NCBI GenBank assembly: GCA_964016885.1
Contig: OZ024743.1
Location: 345,216,001-345,280,000, forward strand
Source: Eledone cirrhosa
Lineage: Eukaryota
Length of the DNA: 64,000 nucleotides
Reading direction: 5' to 3'
In this document: one piece after another, positions 12,516-26,919 of the stretch
How positions within the stretch are numbered: the stretch's first letter is position 1
Layout of the letters: each line of letters begins with the position of its first letter
Notes under the pieces: generated by a model
Database searches by the model: none
Seen by the model: only the letters and a program-made list of their open reading frames with translations
What the model was told of the DNA's origin: nothing
Program-made: the position numbers and the translations under genes

Positions 12516-12873
12516 TATATATAAACATGTATGTTTGGAGCGTGTATATAATTACACACATATATAGAAATGAGCAGTATGCATACATGTATAGATGCAT
12601 GAAGTTTGTGGATGCGTATATGACCGTCTATATAGCCCATTGAAACATTATGTCGACAGCAATCAGTGTATACTGATATAACTGCATCAATAATTATCTT
12701 TACCCCAGGGAAACTCGTCACACTGCAGAAATACTTGTCATACGTACACATACACTGCACAGAAAGACGTGCGTAATGACACACGTACACATATAAAGAG
12801 AGAATGCTATTCTACATCGAATTTTTGCAAAATGTGTATCTTTGATTCGTATAATTCCCAAGACACCATCTAC

Positions 12874-12913
<40 letters not shown>

Positions 12914-12956
12914 TAATCTATCTATCTATCTGTCTATCTATCTCTGTCTCTCACTC

Positions 12957-13021
<65 letters not shown>

Positions 13022-13205
13022 GCATTCATATTAATATACACACACATATTTCTACAGGTCTCTATCTACTCATCTATGTATAGCCACCACTCTGCGACGA
13101 TATATATATATATACTGTATATATATATATATATATATATAAAAACAAATAACGAAACGAAATTAAATTTCGTTTCGTTTGTAACTCACTTTTGTATGAC
13201 TGACG

Positions 13206-13270
<65 letters not shown>

Positions 13271-13273
<3 letters not shown>

Positions 13274-13635
13274 TCGCAGAGTGGTGGCTTTAAGCAGGGT
13301 AGTATCGTTATAATTTGTCAGTTCATGGTTGAAGGCAGATTATGCCATAAAGATTTACAGCATGCATGAAATGTTTGTGGGGACGTCTTTAGCTACACGG
13401 AATTTGTGAGTAAAATTGAGGGAGATTTCAATGTTTTGTAAGAATGAATCATAAGTGGAAGTAAATTGTAATTTTTCTAATGTCTTAGTAAAAGGTGGAA
13501 GCCGAGCCTCGTTGGCTTTTGATATTTTTCAGGGTGTCTGCTACTTTTGGGTGGAAATAAACAAAGAACGGAAATATTATCAATCAATAAATATTTTTAG
13601 CTTTCGTTAAATCCATCATCAGGACTCGTTTATTC
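13271..13635 (-). mobile_element. Possible PLE pLTR plus ORF N-terminal fragment ending in (TA)n
   Basis: Degenerate CTGATGA...CGAAA on the minus strand (~13600-13625), followed by a mostly open frame (KANEARLPPFTKTLEKLQF...) ending at a TA tract. Confidence 0.4.
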
Positions 13636-14049
13636 ATACTTGGTGGCTGAGAGTTCAGATGATAGTAATAAAAAAATAGAGACTAATCGGTGCCATTCCC
13701 TGCTTCCTTGTAGACCATTGGTCTAACTACGGTGTCTATTTTCGTAATGATAGGAATATTAAATATATGAATGAAGTTTCAGTGTAAAACAAATACCCAT
13801 ATTTACATGTGTGCATAAATACTCACTGATTGAAAAACCTTTTTGTCAGAGGGTAGTCGTGTTGATACCCACTTTTGCTGTTATATCGTTTTATACGAGC
13901 CGTTATTAGATTAGATTCTTAGTGAAAAAATACAGTGCAGTGAAAACTATTAATTCTATTCAATTTTCAAACTCCGCCTCATGTTTTTATATAATACATA
14001 AATGTGATGTACGATGTATAGAGTCCTTGATGTAGACACAATTAAGATG

Positions 14050-14420
14050 GGTTGGTTATGTTGCTATTATGAATAATGAAAATATTGACGTAGGCAGGCC
14101 TCTTCTTAGGTTCAAGGATAACCTGAAGTATAATATCAAAGATATTGGAATACGAGCGTCCGAATTTGAGGAATGTGCTATTAACCGTAATAGGAGGAGG
14201 AAAACCTGTCAAAATGGTAGTATGAGCAATGGCAACACAAGGATTAAGCACCTAGATAGTCTAAGGATGCTGTTGCTTTTCAACGTTTTGTGTGTGAAGG
14301 ACGTAGTCTGATTTGTAAAAACAAAGCAGGTTTAGTATCTTACAGAAGACAAACACTAACATGTGGAGTAAAACGAAAGTAAATTTTGGGAGCTCATACT
14401 TCGAAAACTACGAAAGAGTC
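14050..14420 (+). mobile_element. RTE LINE 3' fragment
   Basis: GRPLLRFKDNLKYNIKDIGI...EECAINRNRRRK matches the RTE ORF C-terminal GRP-RFKD motif. Confidence 0.7.
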
Positions 14421-14754
14421 CCTGTTATGGATATATATTTAATTTTGGCATTTACTTTAACTTTTCTTCGCTTTTCACACTCACCTACCTATTTTATATT
14501 TTCCGTACTCTCATTGTACTCGTTTCTTTCATTCTAGCATCTCGTTTCACTATCTCCCTCTCTACTTCCATGTCTCTCATACACATACACGTGCACACAA
14601 ACATAGACACATACATACATTCAGAAATATACACATTACATGAATCAAGGAAAAGAAACATGACAGCTGAGAAATCTCTAAGGATTTCTACATGTTTTAC
14701 TCTAAATATGGTTCTGGCACTGCTTGTTTTTATTGATTTGTTGTTTTAGTGGAG

Positions 14755-14787
14755 GTAGTAGAAGTAGCAGCAGCAGCAGCAGCAGTG

Positions 14788-14858
<71 letters not shown>

Positions 14859-14859
14859 G

Positions 14860-14902
<43 letters not shown>

Positions 14903-14981
14903 AAACAGTAGTAGTAGTATTAGCAGTAGCAATAGCAGTAATATCAGTAGTAGTAGTAGTAGCAGCAGCAGCAGCAGCAGT

Positions 14982-15013
<32 letters not shown>

Positions 15014-15022
15014 TAGTAGTAG
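14755..15022. repeat. (AGT)n/(AGC)n compound microsatellite
   Basis: Direct observation; similar tracts at 15378-15500 and 23630-23755. Confidence 0.95.
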
Positions 15023-15383
15023 TCATTGCAGATGGCTGTGAAGTTGGTGATAGGGTTACATTTGGTGTTAATGGTTGGTGATATGAGTATTGATGCGAAT
15101 GTACAATAGTTATGGTCTTGCTGATGTTGCTATCATCAGTATAATCAGTGGTACATGTGTTTATAGTGGTAATGGTGTTTGTTGTTTGTTGCATGAAGTA
15201 TTGTTTCCTGCTAATTGTAGTATTGTTGGATGTGAGATAGCTTTAGTGATTGTAGTAGTGTCAATAGTAGGATTCATGTCGTTGGTGGTGATAGCCATTA
15301 TGTTGTTATTTGTAGTACTGCTGTTGGTGATTGTAAATTATTGACAACGGAGTTAAGTGGTGATGGTATTGGTGAAGGTAGTG

Positions 15384-15439
<56 letters not shown>

Positions 15440-15443
15440 CGTG

Positions 15444-15501
<58 letters not shown>

Positions 15502-15624
15502 CGCCACTATACATTAGCGGTGTTAGCCTGCAGGACCTAGTATAATGTATGAACAGTGTTATTTCTCTACTAGGTATAGTGTACGTCATTGGACTACATT
15601 TCCCAATATGCCCAAATTTAAAAA

Positions 15625-16136
15625 TCTATAATATATTAAAGGGAGGAGTGCGGGACAGCGTCCGTTTTATATATTTTTACCCCGTTAGTAAAATAAGTTG
15701 GATTACTTTGAATGAATAAATAATGAATAAATAGTATGTAATTTATCTACTAAATTTCGTAGCTCTTCATAAAACATAAATATTCTTATATATGAAGTAT
15801 TGCTTATTTCAAGATTCACTTCTTTAAAATTTTCAAATGTTAACACTTCCGGTTAGCGTCCGTTATATTATAACACTTATCACATCGCTTATATAAATGT
15901 TCATATATTTGCATCATTATATAAGGTTTATATTTTCTCATTTTCCGTCGCTAATTTTCTCCTTTTTCGTTTTCATAACATTTTAGTTTATCATATATGT
16001 AGTTTATATATAATATCGTCTTTTTAAAACATATCATGGATTACTTTACTGATTACAGAAGAGAGTGTAACACACACTTCGTTCAATTTCTGTGCATATT
16101 GACAATTACGATTTCATTTGACGTATCAAGTCTACA

Positions 16137-16222
<86 letters not shown>

Positions 16223-16467
16223 TAAACGGAATAGAAAATGCTGACAAATTGTTCACAGTTGAAAAATGGTTTAATTAGGAATAAAAGAGTATTAGTGATT
16301 TTATGGGTTAGTATTCAGTTGTGGTTTTAAGTTTTTAAGTTTTTACCGGTTGCGCATTTCTAAATGCTTTTCAAAAATAATTTTGAGATAGAGTGTCCGT
16401 GCTATAATATCAATATGCACACTACACATGCTAGCAGAAAACCACCGAAGCGTGGTTTTTCTGCTAG
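15625..16467 (+). mobile_element. Non-autonomous Helitron-like element
   Basis: A|TCTATAATATATTAAA 5' end; 3' hairpin ACCAC-CGAAGC-GTGGT, then TTTTCTGCTAG|T. Part (16217-16402) recurs inverted at 60572-60748. Confidence 0.55.
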
Positions 16468-16799
16468 TATATATCCAATGTATCTTTCATTTATATGTTC
16501 TAGATTCTCGCTTGTTTTCTCTATTGTTAGCGATGCCAGATTTAAGTTGTTGTTCTTGTTTAGCCCAATGTCATTGCTAATCGTGCAGACATATAATACA
16601 CAATATTTCCTTTGTGAGATTAACTAAAATTAGATACTCTTACCTTTGTGAGGTTAACTAAGATTAGATACCTATGTAATTTCTTAATTTAGCTGCTATT
16701 TATTACAGGTCGAGTAACAACATAGATGTCTCCTCATTCGCTTGAATTTTTGCTTTTTATTAGGGTAAGTCAAGTTGGTGTCATTGATGCTGTTGCTTG

Positions 16800-17010
16800 G
16801 GGCGGTGAATTGGCAGTGCCGGTAGAACGTCGGGCAACATGCTTTGTGGCATAGAGTGACGGCCCTTTACATTCTGAGTTCAAATCCAGTTGAGGTTAGC
16901 TTTGCCTTTCATCCTTAAGAGGTCGAGAGAATAAAGCACCAGTAATGCACTGGGGTCGATTTTATCAACTTTCCACTTCGTCTAAAATTGCTGGCCTTGT
17001 GCCTAAATCA
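16800..17010 (+). mobile_element. tRNA-derived SINE with Meta-like core
   Basis: TGGCAG...GGTAGA head, GAGTTCAAATCC B box, TTTGCCTTTCATCCTT...GTCGA...AATAAAGCACCAGT core. Confidence 0.8.
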
Positions 17011-18281
17011 GACACCATTGATGATGTTGTTGATTTTGATTAATGGCATGCCGGTTGCAACCCTTCATCAATGGGGCTGCATTGGCAGAATCTACAGAGC
17101 GTTGGAGTAAATAGTTGTCTTGCAGTGTTCGTTCCGGCTCGATGCTCTCTGGGATAAAATCCCAACGGGGCATGCATTTAGGCTCGATAAAATAAAATAC
17201 TGGTGTGGATTGAAACAAATGTAAGAGAGTTGGATGACCAGTTGTTATTGTTCAGACACTTTGCGAGTTCAAATTGCGGTGTGACCCAATTTAGTGTTAT
17301 AAGTAACTTGTTGACCAAGTTAACATCTCTACTTTACAGTTGGGAGCTTTTCGAGGAATCATTAGTGTTGCAAGCTTTCAGACTAACTTTAAAAGTCTTA
17401 GGATACTTTTGTCCTTCTCACCGGCCTCCGTGGTTCTGAAAAATCTTCAACCCGATAATTCAGATTTTATCAAAGTCAAGGAATACAATTTTCAATTTGA
17501 AACGATTCAAGTAATTTCAGAAAGAGGCTCTTCCTGAATTTGTTGCCCACACCGTTAAAATATAGATATGTTTACTGTTAAAATATATAATATTTAGCAC
17601 AATTGCCGCCCAAACTGTCTATGAATATTGCTCCCCTCCTCAGTGAGTCGTGTGCTCACGCTGAATCGATATTATTCTTGTTATAGTTATCTCTGTAAGG
17701 GGACGTTGTTTCTAGTGATCTCATATATTGAGATTTAGCAGAATTTATGATCAAATGAATTCTAGCAGCGACCATTCTGTAGGTTTTAAAACATAGAGTA
17801 TTTAACTTTACATCTTTGATTCTGAACTTAGACAGATGGCTACCAGATAAGAAATTTAAAAATAAATTGTCGGAAACATTCTTTTAAATATCATATATTC
17901 TTTCAAATTATGGACGGATGTGTTATTGGTAATTTTGGCGGTTATGTTGGTGGTGCAGTTTAGTGTAGAATGTTGTTGCGAAATAAAAGAAGAAAAGAAA
18001 GTATTAAACAATCAGATAAAGTTTCTTTAGTCCGAACAAACAGAAAGAAAAGGTAAAAAAATAACAATAAAGAAAAAAGAACACATCAAGAATAGTCAAA
18101 ACAATATTAACACGAAAAAACAGAAAAAATCTTCATAATCGAAAGAAAGAAAGAAAGATTTAAAGAAGCAGAGAAAAAAATGAAATGAAACATTTTTGAA
18201 GAATTAAAAAGACACAAAAAAACTGTGAGGTAGTGAGAGAGAGGTAGGGAGAGAGAGGTAGGGAGAGGGAGAAAATTAGAG

Positions 18282-18360
<79 letters not shown>

Positions 18361-19445
18361 AGGGAGAGAGAGGGGGAGAGAGAGAGATAGCGGTGACGTA
18401 AAAACAAAGCAAGGAAAAATATTAATCCATCAAAATCATTCCACTGGGCATACAAGCAAAATCAACATCATCAAGAAAAACAAATAAAGAAATAAATGTT
18501 TCATGAGAGAACGAAAGGAAGGAAGGAAAAGAGAAAGTAATGGAGAATGAATGAATGGAAAAGAGAAAGAGATAAAGAAAAACTGACAAAAAGGAGGTTA
18601 TCGGAGATGTCTCCATTTCACGGCTTATAATCCCAAGTGTCAGATGCCGCCAGAGACACAAGCATACATCATAGCTTCAGTGTGGTATTTGACAATGCGA
18701 CATGGAAAATTTCATATTTCATGTTCAGCCATCTTGTTCAACAGCTGAACTCTCGTTCATAATTCATTAAGGCGTTGCTTTTGACGAAGAGTTTTCCACC
18801 ATTTTTCTTTCACGTTTGTCTTTTCCAGCTTCTGTTATCACTGTTCAATCTAATGTTTACTCTCTCGAAGATTGCTGATTCTTGTGGGGTTAAATTTTCC
18901 TTCAGTTTGATATTTTTGTTTGTTTTATATTATCGTTATTATCATTATTATTGTCATTCGTATTAAAATTTATTCTGCATTTTATCATCATATTTGTTAC
19001 ATTTTAGCTCATCTTATATTGTCAATCTGTCCATTCTAAAATATATACACACACGCACACACTCAGACACAAACACACATACACATATATATATACACAC
19101 ACATATACAGATGCATATGCATACACAAAAACGCGTTCAAGACACTCACTCACAAAATGGCAGATATGCAAACATAAGGCACAGCTTTAGATTTAGTTGT
19201 TACAACCTTCTCTGTTACATATGTTTTTTTACTTTTTTGTGCACGCGTGGACAGACATGATCACAAACATATGTACGCATAGCTGTATCTCCATTTAAAT
19301 TTATGTAGCAAACTATAATATAAAATAAATTATAGCTTATAAATATAACTTTTACCCGCTACTAAAGGATTTACACGTTAATCATTCATCTATGTATGAA
19401 TGTATGCATGTATGAATGTATGCATGTATGTATTATGTATGTATG

Positions 19446-19489
<44 letters not shown>

Positions 19490-19490
<1 letters not shown>

Positions 19491-20380
19491 CCCGGGTTCA
19501 ATCGGGGGGGACGACAGTAAATAAGGTACTCAATACATAGCACAGTAGAAAAGAGGACAACCCTCTGATCCCGTCAGGGAAATGGCCGTGTTCGATATGC
19601 AGAAAAGGAACTGGCATAAATTCTATAAAATGTACACAATGCAGATTTGGGGTACACAAGAGATGTAGTGGGATAGCAGGCAAACTAACAGGTAGGGAGA
19701 AATACGTATGCAGTAAGTGTACAGGGAAATTTGACAGTAGAAGTCGCATTGATAGACACATTTTTCAAATGCAGGTGGGTGCTATAGAAGTGGTTGCTAG
19801 GTTCCGGTACCTAGGTAATCAGATTAGCATGGGAGGGGGGGGGGGTGCTCCGAGGCCATAGTATCTAGAATAAGGATGGGTTGGAAGAAGTTTAGGGAGC
19901 TGCTTCCTCTGCTGACGAAGAAGGGTTTCTCCCTGCGTACAAAAGGCTGGTTATATGATGCCTGTGTGAAGTGTGCGTTGCTGCAAGGTAGTGAGACATG
20001 GGCAGCAACTGCAGAGGATATGCGACGGCTGGAGAGAAATGAAACAAGCATGCTCCGTTGAGAGAGAAACTGTGTCTGAGAGGGATAAATTGTAGTGTGC
20101 GGGAGAGGAGACTGCGATGGTATGGATATGTGATGCGCATGGAGGATGGCCGATGGGTGAAGAAGTACAAAGAAATGCCAGTTGAAGGAAGACGTAGTAG
20201 AGGAAGACCACGAACAATATAGGCGGAGGTGGTGAGAACAGACCTCAGATCGTTGAAGCTCACGGTGGAGATGACGAAGGACCGTGACGAGTGGAGAGAT
20301 ACTGTGCTGAATAGGACCCATCCCACCCTTGCAAGCAGGGAAAAGTGGACGTAAAACGATGATGATGATGATGATGATGA
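19490..20380 (+). mobile_element. RTE-X-type LINE 3' portion
   Basis: Cys-rich PHD-like segment (WPCSICRKG...KCTQC...VHKRCSG...VCSKC), then [17 protein letters not shown]...GSETWA and GRRSRGRPR; ends GGACGTAAAAC(GAT)n. Confidence 0.85.
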
Positions 20381-20472
20381 TATATATACATATATATATA
20401 TATATATTCACATATATGTATACATATAATATTTTATATGTATGTGTGTATATACACATACACACACACACG

Positions 20473-20557
<85 letters not shown>

Positions 20558-21356
20558 TTATGTATATGTGTGTGTATGTGTATCTTTATTTCCTTCTGTT
20601 ACTCTAAGTGTTTGTCTCATTTATGAAGTTGATTTGAGTATTACAAGATGGCTGATCTCTTCGTAATAAAACTAATTTAAATCTAACGTTATTCGACGTA
20701 CCACAGATGAATGTTTGTAAAGTTTGCTTTGCATTTATTAAGGTTCACATTGGTCAGACTGTGTGGTATCTTGTGAATTTCATCATACACTTGGTTTGAC
20801 CAATTACTGATAGATTTGGCTGGACGGTGACTGTCTGGTGGATGGTAATTTATAAAGCCAGCCCTAAAACATATTGTTCTATCACGCTAATCCTCCCTGA
20901 GAAATATCTTACTGTTGAATACTCAACTACGTAATTTAATTTCATGAGCAAGCTGATCACAGAACGGACACAATCATCGTTAAAACCGACGGAAATCCAT
21001 TGAAATGGATTTGACTTTGAATAAAGTAATAATAAGGTGTTCTCTGAAATAATCAATGTAATTTTCTTCAATCTTTTAGTCAGTAGAATGTATCTACGTG
21101 GATTTAGTTGATCATGTCCAGTACATAATTTTTCTCAAGCCTGGTATTTATTTTCTTTTTGTCTTTTTGTCAAACTGCTAAGTTGCAGAACATAAACACA
21201 GGCAGACACAACCGTAAGCACACACTCACGCACATAAACACACATGCATATATACATGTGTTTGGGTGTTTCCGAAGCCCTCATATCTCTCTCTCCCTCT
21301 ATCTTCCTCCCATTTCACTCTCGCTCTCAATCACTGACTCACTCACTTTTCCTTAT

Positions 21357-21615
<259 letters not shown>

Positions 21616-21862
21616 AAAATAGTATTATGTTTATTTAGTTCTCTCGATGATCCTCGATGAGTATACCAGTTGTATGATCAACCGCAGCTTGCCCGCTAAA
21701 TTAACATGCTAGCGGCTAAAACGTCCACAGAAAAGTGCTTTGGTAACATTGAGATTCAGCATGACACAATACGCAGTAAGGCTGGGTTTTTTGATTAAAG
21801 ATATAATTTTATAAAGTGTATATATAATATATAAATATATAACGAAAACAAATCATACTATA

Positions 21863-21916
<54 letters not shown>

Positions 21917-21979
21917 CCGTACTAAGAGTGAGAAATGAAATTTCATTTCATTCTTTTCCATTTATATATATATATATAT

Positions 21980-22365
21980 AAATGGAAAAGAATGAAATGA
22001 AACTTAAATGTAAGTATGTATACGGACATACATATATGTATACAGACGTGCAGAAGTATGTATATATATATATACATACATGCACACATATATATATATG
22101 TACGTATGGATTTAACGAACGTTTATTATAATGTTCGGTTTGTTTGTAAGCAAGCAGCCCGAATTAAGCCGTACAGTGTTCGGCAACCATCGTCGCCCTT
22201 TTGTTCAACACTGACATCGTTCCTTTGTCAGTGTTGAACAAAAGGGCGACGATGGTTGCTGAACACTGTACGGCTTAATTCGGGCTGCTTGCTTACAAAC
22301 AAACCGAACACTATAATAAACGTCCGTTAAACCCATACGTACATATATATATATATATGTGCATG

Positions 22366-22412
<47 letters not shown>

Positions 22413-22459
22413 TACTGTACGTCTGTATACATATATGTATGTACGTATACATACTTACA
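21980..22459. mobile_element. ~450-bp near-perfect palindrome with unpaired tail
   Basis: Arms 22009-22216 / 22226-22459 centred on CTGACA-TCGTTCCTT-TGTCAG. AATAAA in the arm. The left arm extends ~28 nt to (TA)n. Confidence 0.7.
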
Positions 22460-22483
22460 CATACACACACACACACATACACG

Positions 22484-22645
<162 letters not shown>

Positions 22646-22682
22646 TAGATATAGATATATAGATATATATATACATATATAT

Positions 22683-22734
<52 letters not shown>

Positions 22735-22881
22735 CAAGTCGGTTCGAACCTAAATACAAGTGGCTGACAAAGAAGGTTTTTTTTTTTATTAGATGTATAT
22801 ATACCAGTATGCATTCAAGCGTATTCAGATTTTACATCCATACAACCACGCATATATATATGTATATGTATATATATATAT

Positions 22882-22993
<112 letters not shown>

Positions 22994-23629
22994 CTGCATG
23001 CGTGTCTGTGTTCGTGCATTCTATGTCCGCGAGAGTTTGTATGACTATGTAAATATGTATGTATACATAATGTATGTGTGTGCCAATAGGTTGATTGATT
23101 GATTGATACATAGATGCCTTGATGTATCCAAAGTGAAAATAAATGCATCATCAAAACTACCATATTATCAGCAACATAAAGCAGAAATATAACATAGAAC
23201 TAAAAGAAAAATAACAAATAAATGAGAACTATAAAAGACCTATATATATATATATATATATACGGCTAACGTTTCTGTGTCTTCTCGGGACATCATGAAT
23301 AGTTAAGTATATGATGTACCGGAAATAGTCCCCCGCAGGGATAGTTTCCCAGCCCCAAAAGATGCTAATTGCTTTCAGGAACTGTGAAACTTGTTCAACG
23401 CCATGAAAATCGTTTCTTAAGTCTTTTTATTCTAAAATCTAAAACCATTATAGTGAATCGAAAAATAATAAACTTTCTATTTTACGACAAAACAACTAAC
23501 AAGACCTCTAACATCACCTAGCTACCCACCTAGGATTAAAACGAAAATGAAAACGGTAAAAAAACAAACAAAAGAAACTAGTAAAGCTTTGTGAGGAAAC
23601 AAACTTATATAATACTAAAAAATATATCG

Positions 23630-23676
<47 letters not shown>

Positions 23677-23677
23677 G

Positions 23678-23709
<32 letters not shown>

Positions 23710-24924
23710 GCTACTACTACTACTACTAATAATAATAATAATAACAACAACACCAATAAGCGTTATAATTATAATAGTGACAAGAACAACATGGAAAAAT
23801 GTATTAAAAATGTAACCGGCGTGAAAAATGAGTCCGCCTTTTCTCCCAAATCCAAATGAAATAAAAAATGAAATAAAAAAGAAAGAGATATTTGAATGAA
23901 TGCTATGAGAAGCACTACTAACATCAAACACAACAACAACAGGAACAGATTCATCGATAACAAAAACAATGATAATAAAAAAAACAATGGCAATAACGAT
24001 GACAACAACAACATCAATAGAGAGCATCAACCATAAATCGAAACCAATTTATTTCGATTCTCTCCTAGTTTTATGGAGTCTTTTTTTTACTGTTTAGCAT
24101 AGTTTGTTTTTTATCATGGTTAACAATTTTCTCAGCAAAAAGTCAAAACATAAACATAGAAAAAGATAGAAATTACTCATTGGGGGCTTCTGTTTCACAA
24201 TTAGATATGGAACTTTAAAAATAGAAAAGAAATTTTAAACACCAATCCGTGATACTTGCTAATAAAATGTGGACTACCACAGCTTTTTACAACAAAGAAA
24301 AGCTATCAATAGTATCTCCAGCCACGAACCACTAATTTTACTGCATACATCGTCATGAAGAACACTAAAAGAACGCCTCTCTTTCCGTGGCATTTCACTA
24401 ACACCATCACCATCATCACTCTCAAATCAATCATCTAATATTTGGGCCCCTATCTCGTGACGAAACATTAAATGTAACAGGCAAATTTTCCTCAAACAAC
24501 ACACTCTCTGCTCTCTAATAACAGAAGAATGCGTTGGATGATTCTACTAATTCTAGATATACGGTGTATGGATAAAACATGAGGGTCATATTTGGAATGT
24601 CTGTTCAATCAACAGCACTAAATCCCATCTACGTAACACTATTGTATTTTCATCGTTTTCCAAATATCATCACTAATCTTGCTTCCTCTGCAATTCCTTT
24701 CACCACCATAACCACCACCAACACCACAGACAACAACTACAACAACAACAACAACAACAACAATACCACAACACCAACAGCAACAAAAAACTTAACACCG
24801 CAACAACAACCACTAGGAACTTATATAAAGAAATTGAATTTCCACCAATAAAATTCAACCTACGACCACAAATCTCACTCTCACTGCCAATATAATAGCT
24901 AGCACTCCCCCAATGTGTCATCGT

Positions 24925-25125
24925 GGATTGGCAGTATTGGTAGAGCGTGGGCACGGTTTCACCGCATACAGTTACGGCCCTTTACGTACTGAGTTCAAAT
25001 CCCACCAAGGTTAGCTTTGCCTTTGATCCTTACCGTGTCGATAAAATAAAGTACCAGTAATGCACTGATGTCGATTTAATCTACTTTCCCTTTCCCAGGT
25101 CATGTGCCTAAATTAGAAACGATTA
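24925..25125 (+). mobile_element. Meta-like tRNA SINE
   Basis: GGATTGGCAGTATTGGTAGAGCG...GAGTTCAAATCC...GTCGATAAAATAAAGTACCAGT. Confidence 0.8.
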
Positions 25126-26508
25126 TTTCATACCAAACATCCAGCATTATCATTTTACGCCCCTTGTCTGAAAAACGAAAGGATGAAGGTGAGAAATGAG
25201 TGCAAAATTGAAAAACACAGTCATAAAATTGTTGGGTACGTAGAGGAACAGTAGTTACTACATGATGGTTGTTGGTAAGGAATAGGAAGTTAAATGTAAA
25301 ACATTAGTAGCTTGATGTACGGAAGGATATTCGGTTAGAAACAAAGAAGTGTGTTGGTGAGGGTGATAGATCTCAGCTATGTGGCTCAGGGGAAACAGAA
25401 AATGATGATTCATGTTAGCGAGTGTTGGTAATGGATAAGGGCTTTGGTGTTCAAGTTTTCATTATACTACAAGCTGTACAGTTGTACCTTTAACTTACGA
25501 AATATATGAAAAGTGTTATTGATATTCGGATATCCGTACAAATAGGAAAATATCTAAAATATTTAAGCATATCATCATCATCATCATCATCATCATCACC
25601 ATCACCGTCATCACCATCATCAACATCATCACTTAACGTCCGTTTTCCCTGCTAGCATTGTTTGTCGGGTCGTCACAGACCCTGATAGTAGATCGTAGGG
25701 GTGGCGAATTATTCAAATGGTCAGAAGGCTACAGCTTATTGACAGAGTGCAATGGGCATTTTATCGTGGGACCAAGCCTGGGTAGGACGTCGCGTACTTG
25801 AGACGTTAGAATATTCCCATTGAAAGGTCGTTTGATGAGTTTTCTACGGCTGGATGGCCTTCCTGTCACAAATTACTATTCTCACCGCACTGTGTGTGTT
25901 TCATCATGTCACTAACATTAGAGGGATTGTCGTGTCCTTGACAACAAAATGGCCTTATCAAGCATTTTTAGCATGGTTTCTACAACTGAATGCTCTTCTT
26001 ATTATACCAACCACATTAGAGGATGTGTGGCACAAGCAATAAAGAGGGCGTTGTGTAATGACTAAAGAGTTCTCTCAACAGTTTTTGCCATGGTTTCTAC
26101 TGCTGGAAACCCCTTTTCCAAAGTACTGTTTCAAAATAAATACATTTTCTCTACACCTTCTCATATTGTTACTGCGAAACTCAAGCATAAACTGCTGCGA
26201 TGTGACAGTAGCTAAAGTGACATTTATGTTAGGTTTCGTTTAATGTATTCAATAAAATATATATTACATTCATTGTAGAAAAATATCAGAAACGAGTACC
26301 ATTTAAACGGGAATTGGTATGAGTCTACCTAGGAGGCCACTGGGTGTTCATTCGACCTAATATAAATGGCAGGTAAGCTTCATTCTAGCCACGTCTTATT
26401 GTTTTTAAAACGGACAAGGCACATTGCGTATTGCAATCATATATATATATATATATATAATTATACATACATATATATATAATATACATACATACATATA
26501 TATATACA

Positions 26509-26906
26509 TGGAGGAAGTTATAGTTCACTTGAAGCATTGTGTAATAAGGTATAAACGTTTGAATTTGTAAAGCCAAAGATATTGTTGACAATTAGTCTTT
26601 TACCTTAGATTTATTTAAATGTCCTTAATTTTCGAGATAATATCTCTTCTTCGGAGGGAAGTAAAGCGGTTAAACCAGTGTTCTAAATAGCTTGCCAAGT
26701 CATGCTGACAGGATGACTTGGCAAGCTATTTAGAACACTGGTTTAACCGCTTTACTTCCCTCCGAAGAAGAGATATTATCTCGAAAATTAAGAACATTTA
26801 AATAAATCTAAGGTAAAAGACTAATTGTCAACAATATCTTTTGCATTTGCATTTTATTCTATGTCCATACCTGCATTGTTTGGCTTTACAAATTCAAACG
26901 TTTATA
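26509..26906. mobile_element. Fold-back PLE-like element with HHR-like motif in both arms
   Basis: Arms 26550-26703 / 26713-26906. The left arm has a 41-nt tail; the right arm ends GTTTATA|TATA. CCT-CCGAAGA-A-GAGAT(att)ATCTC-GAAA-AT-TA-AGG (U4C variant core) and AATAAA. Confidence 0.75.
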
Positions 26907-26919
26907 TATATATATATAT

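Noticed and set aside
23263-23308. Minus-strand HHR-like TTCATGA-TGTC..GACA-CA-GAAA-CGTT next to (TA)n
   Set aside because: Two non-compensatory core changes and a poor stem I; possibly a dead copy but unsupported.
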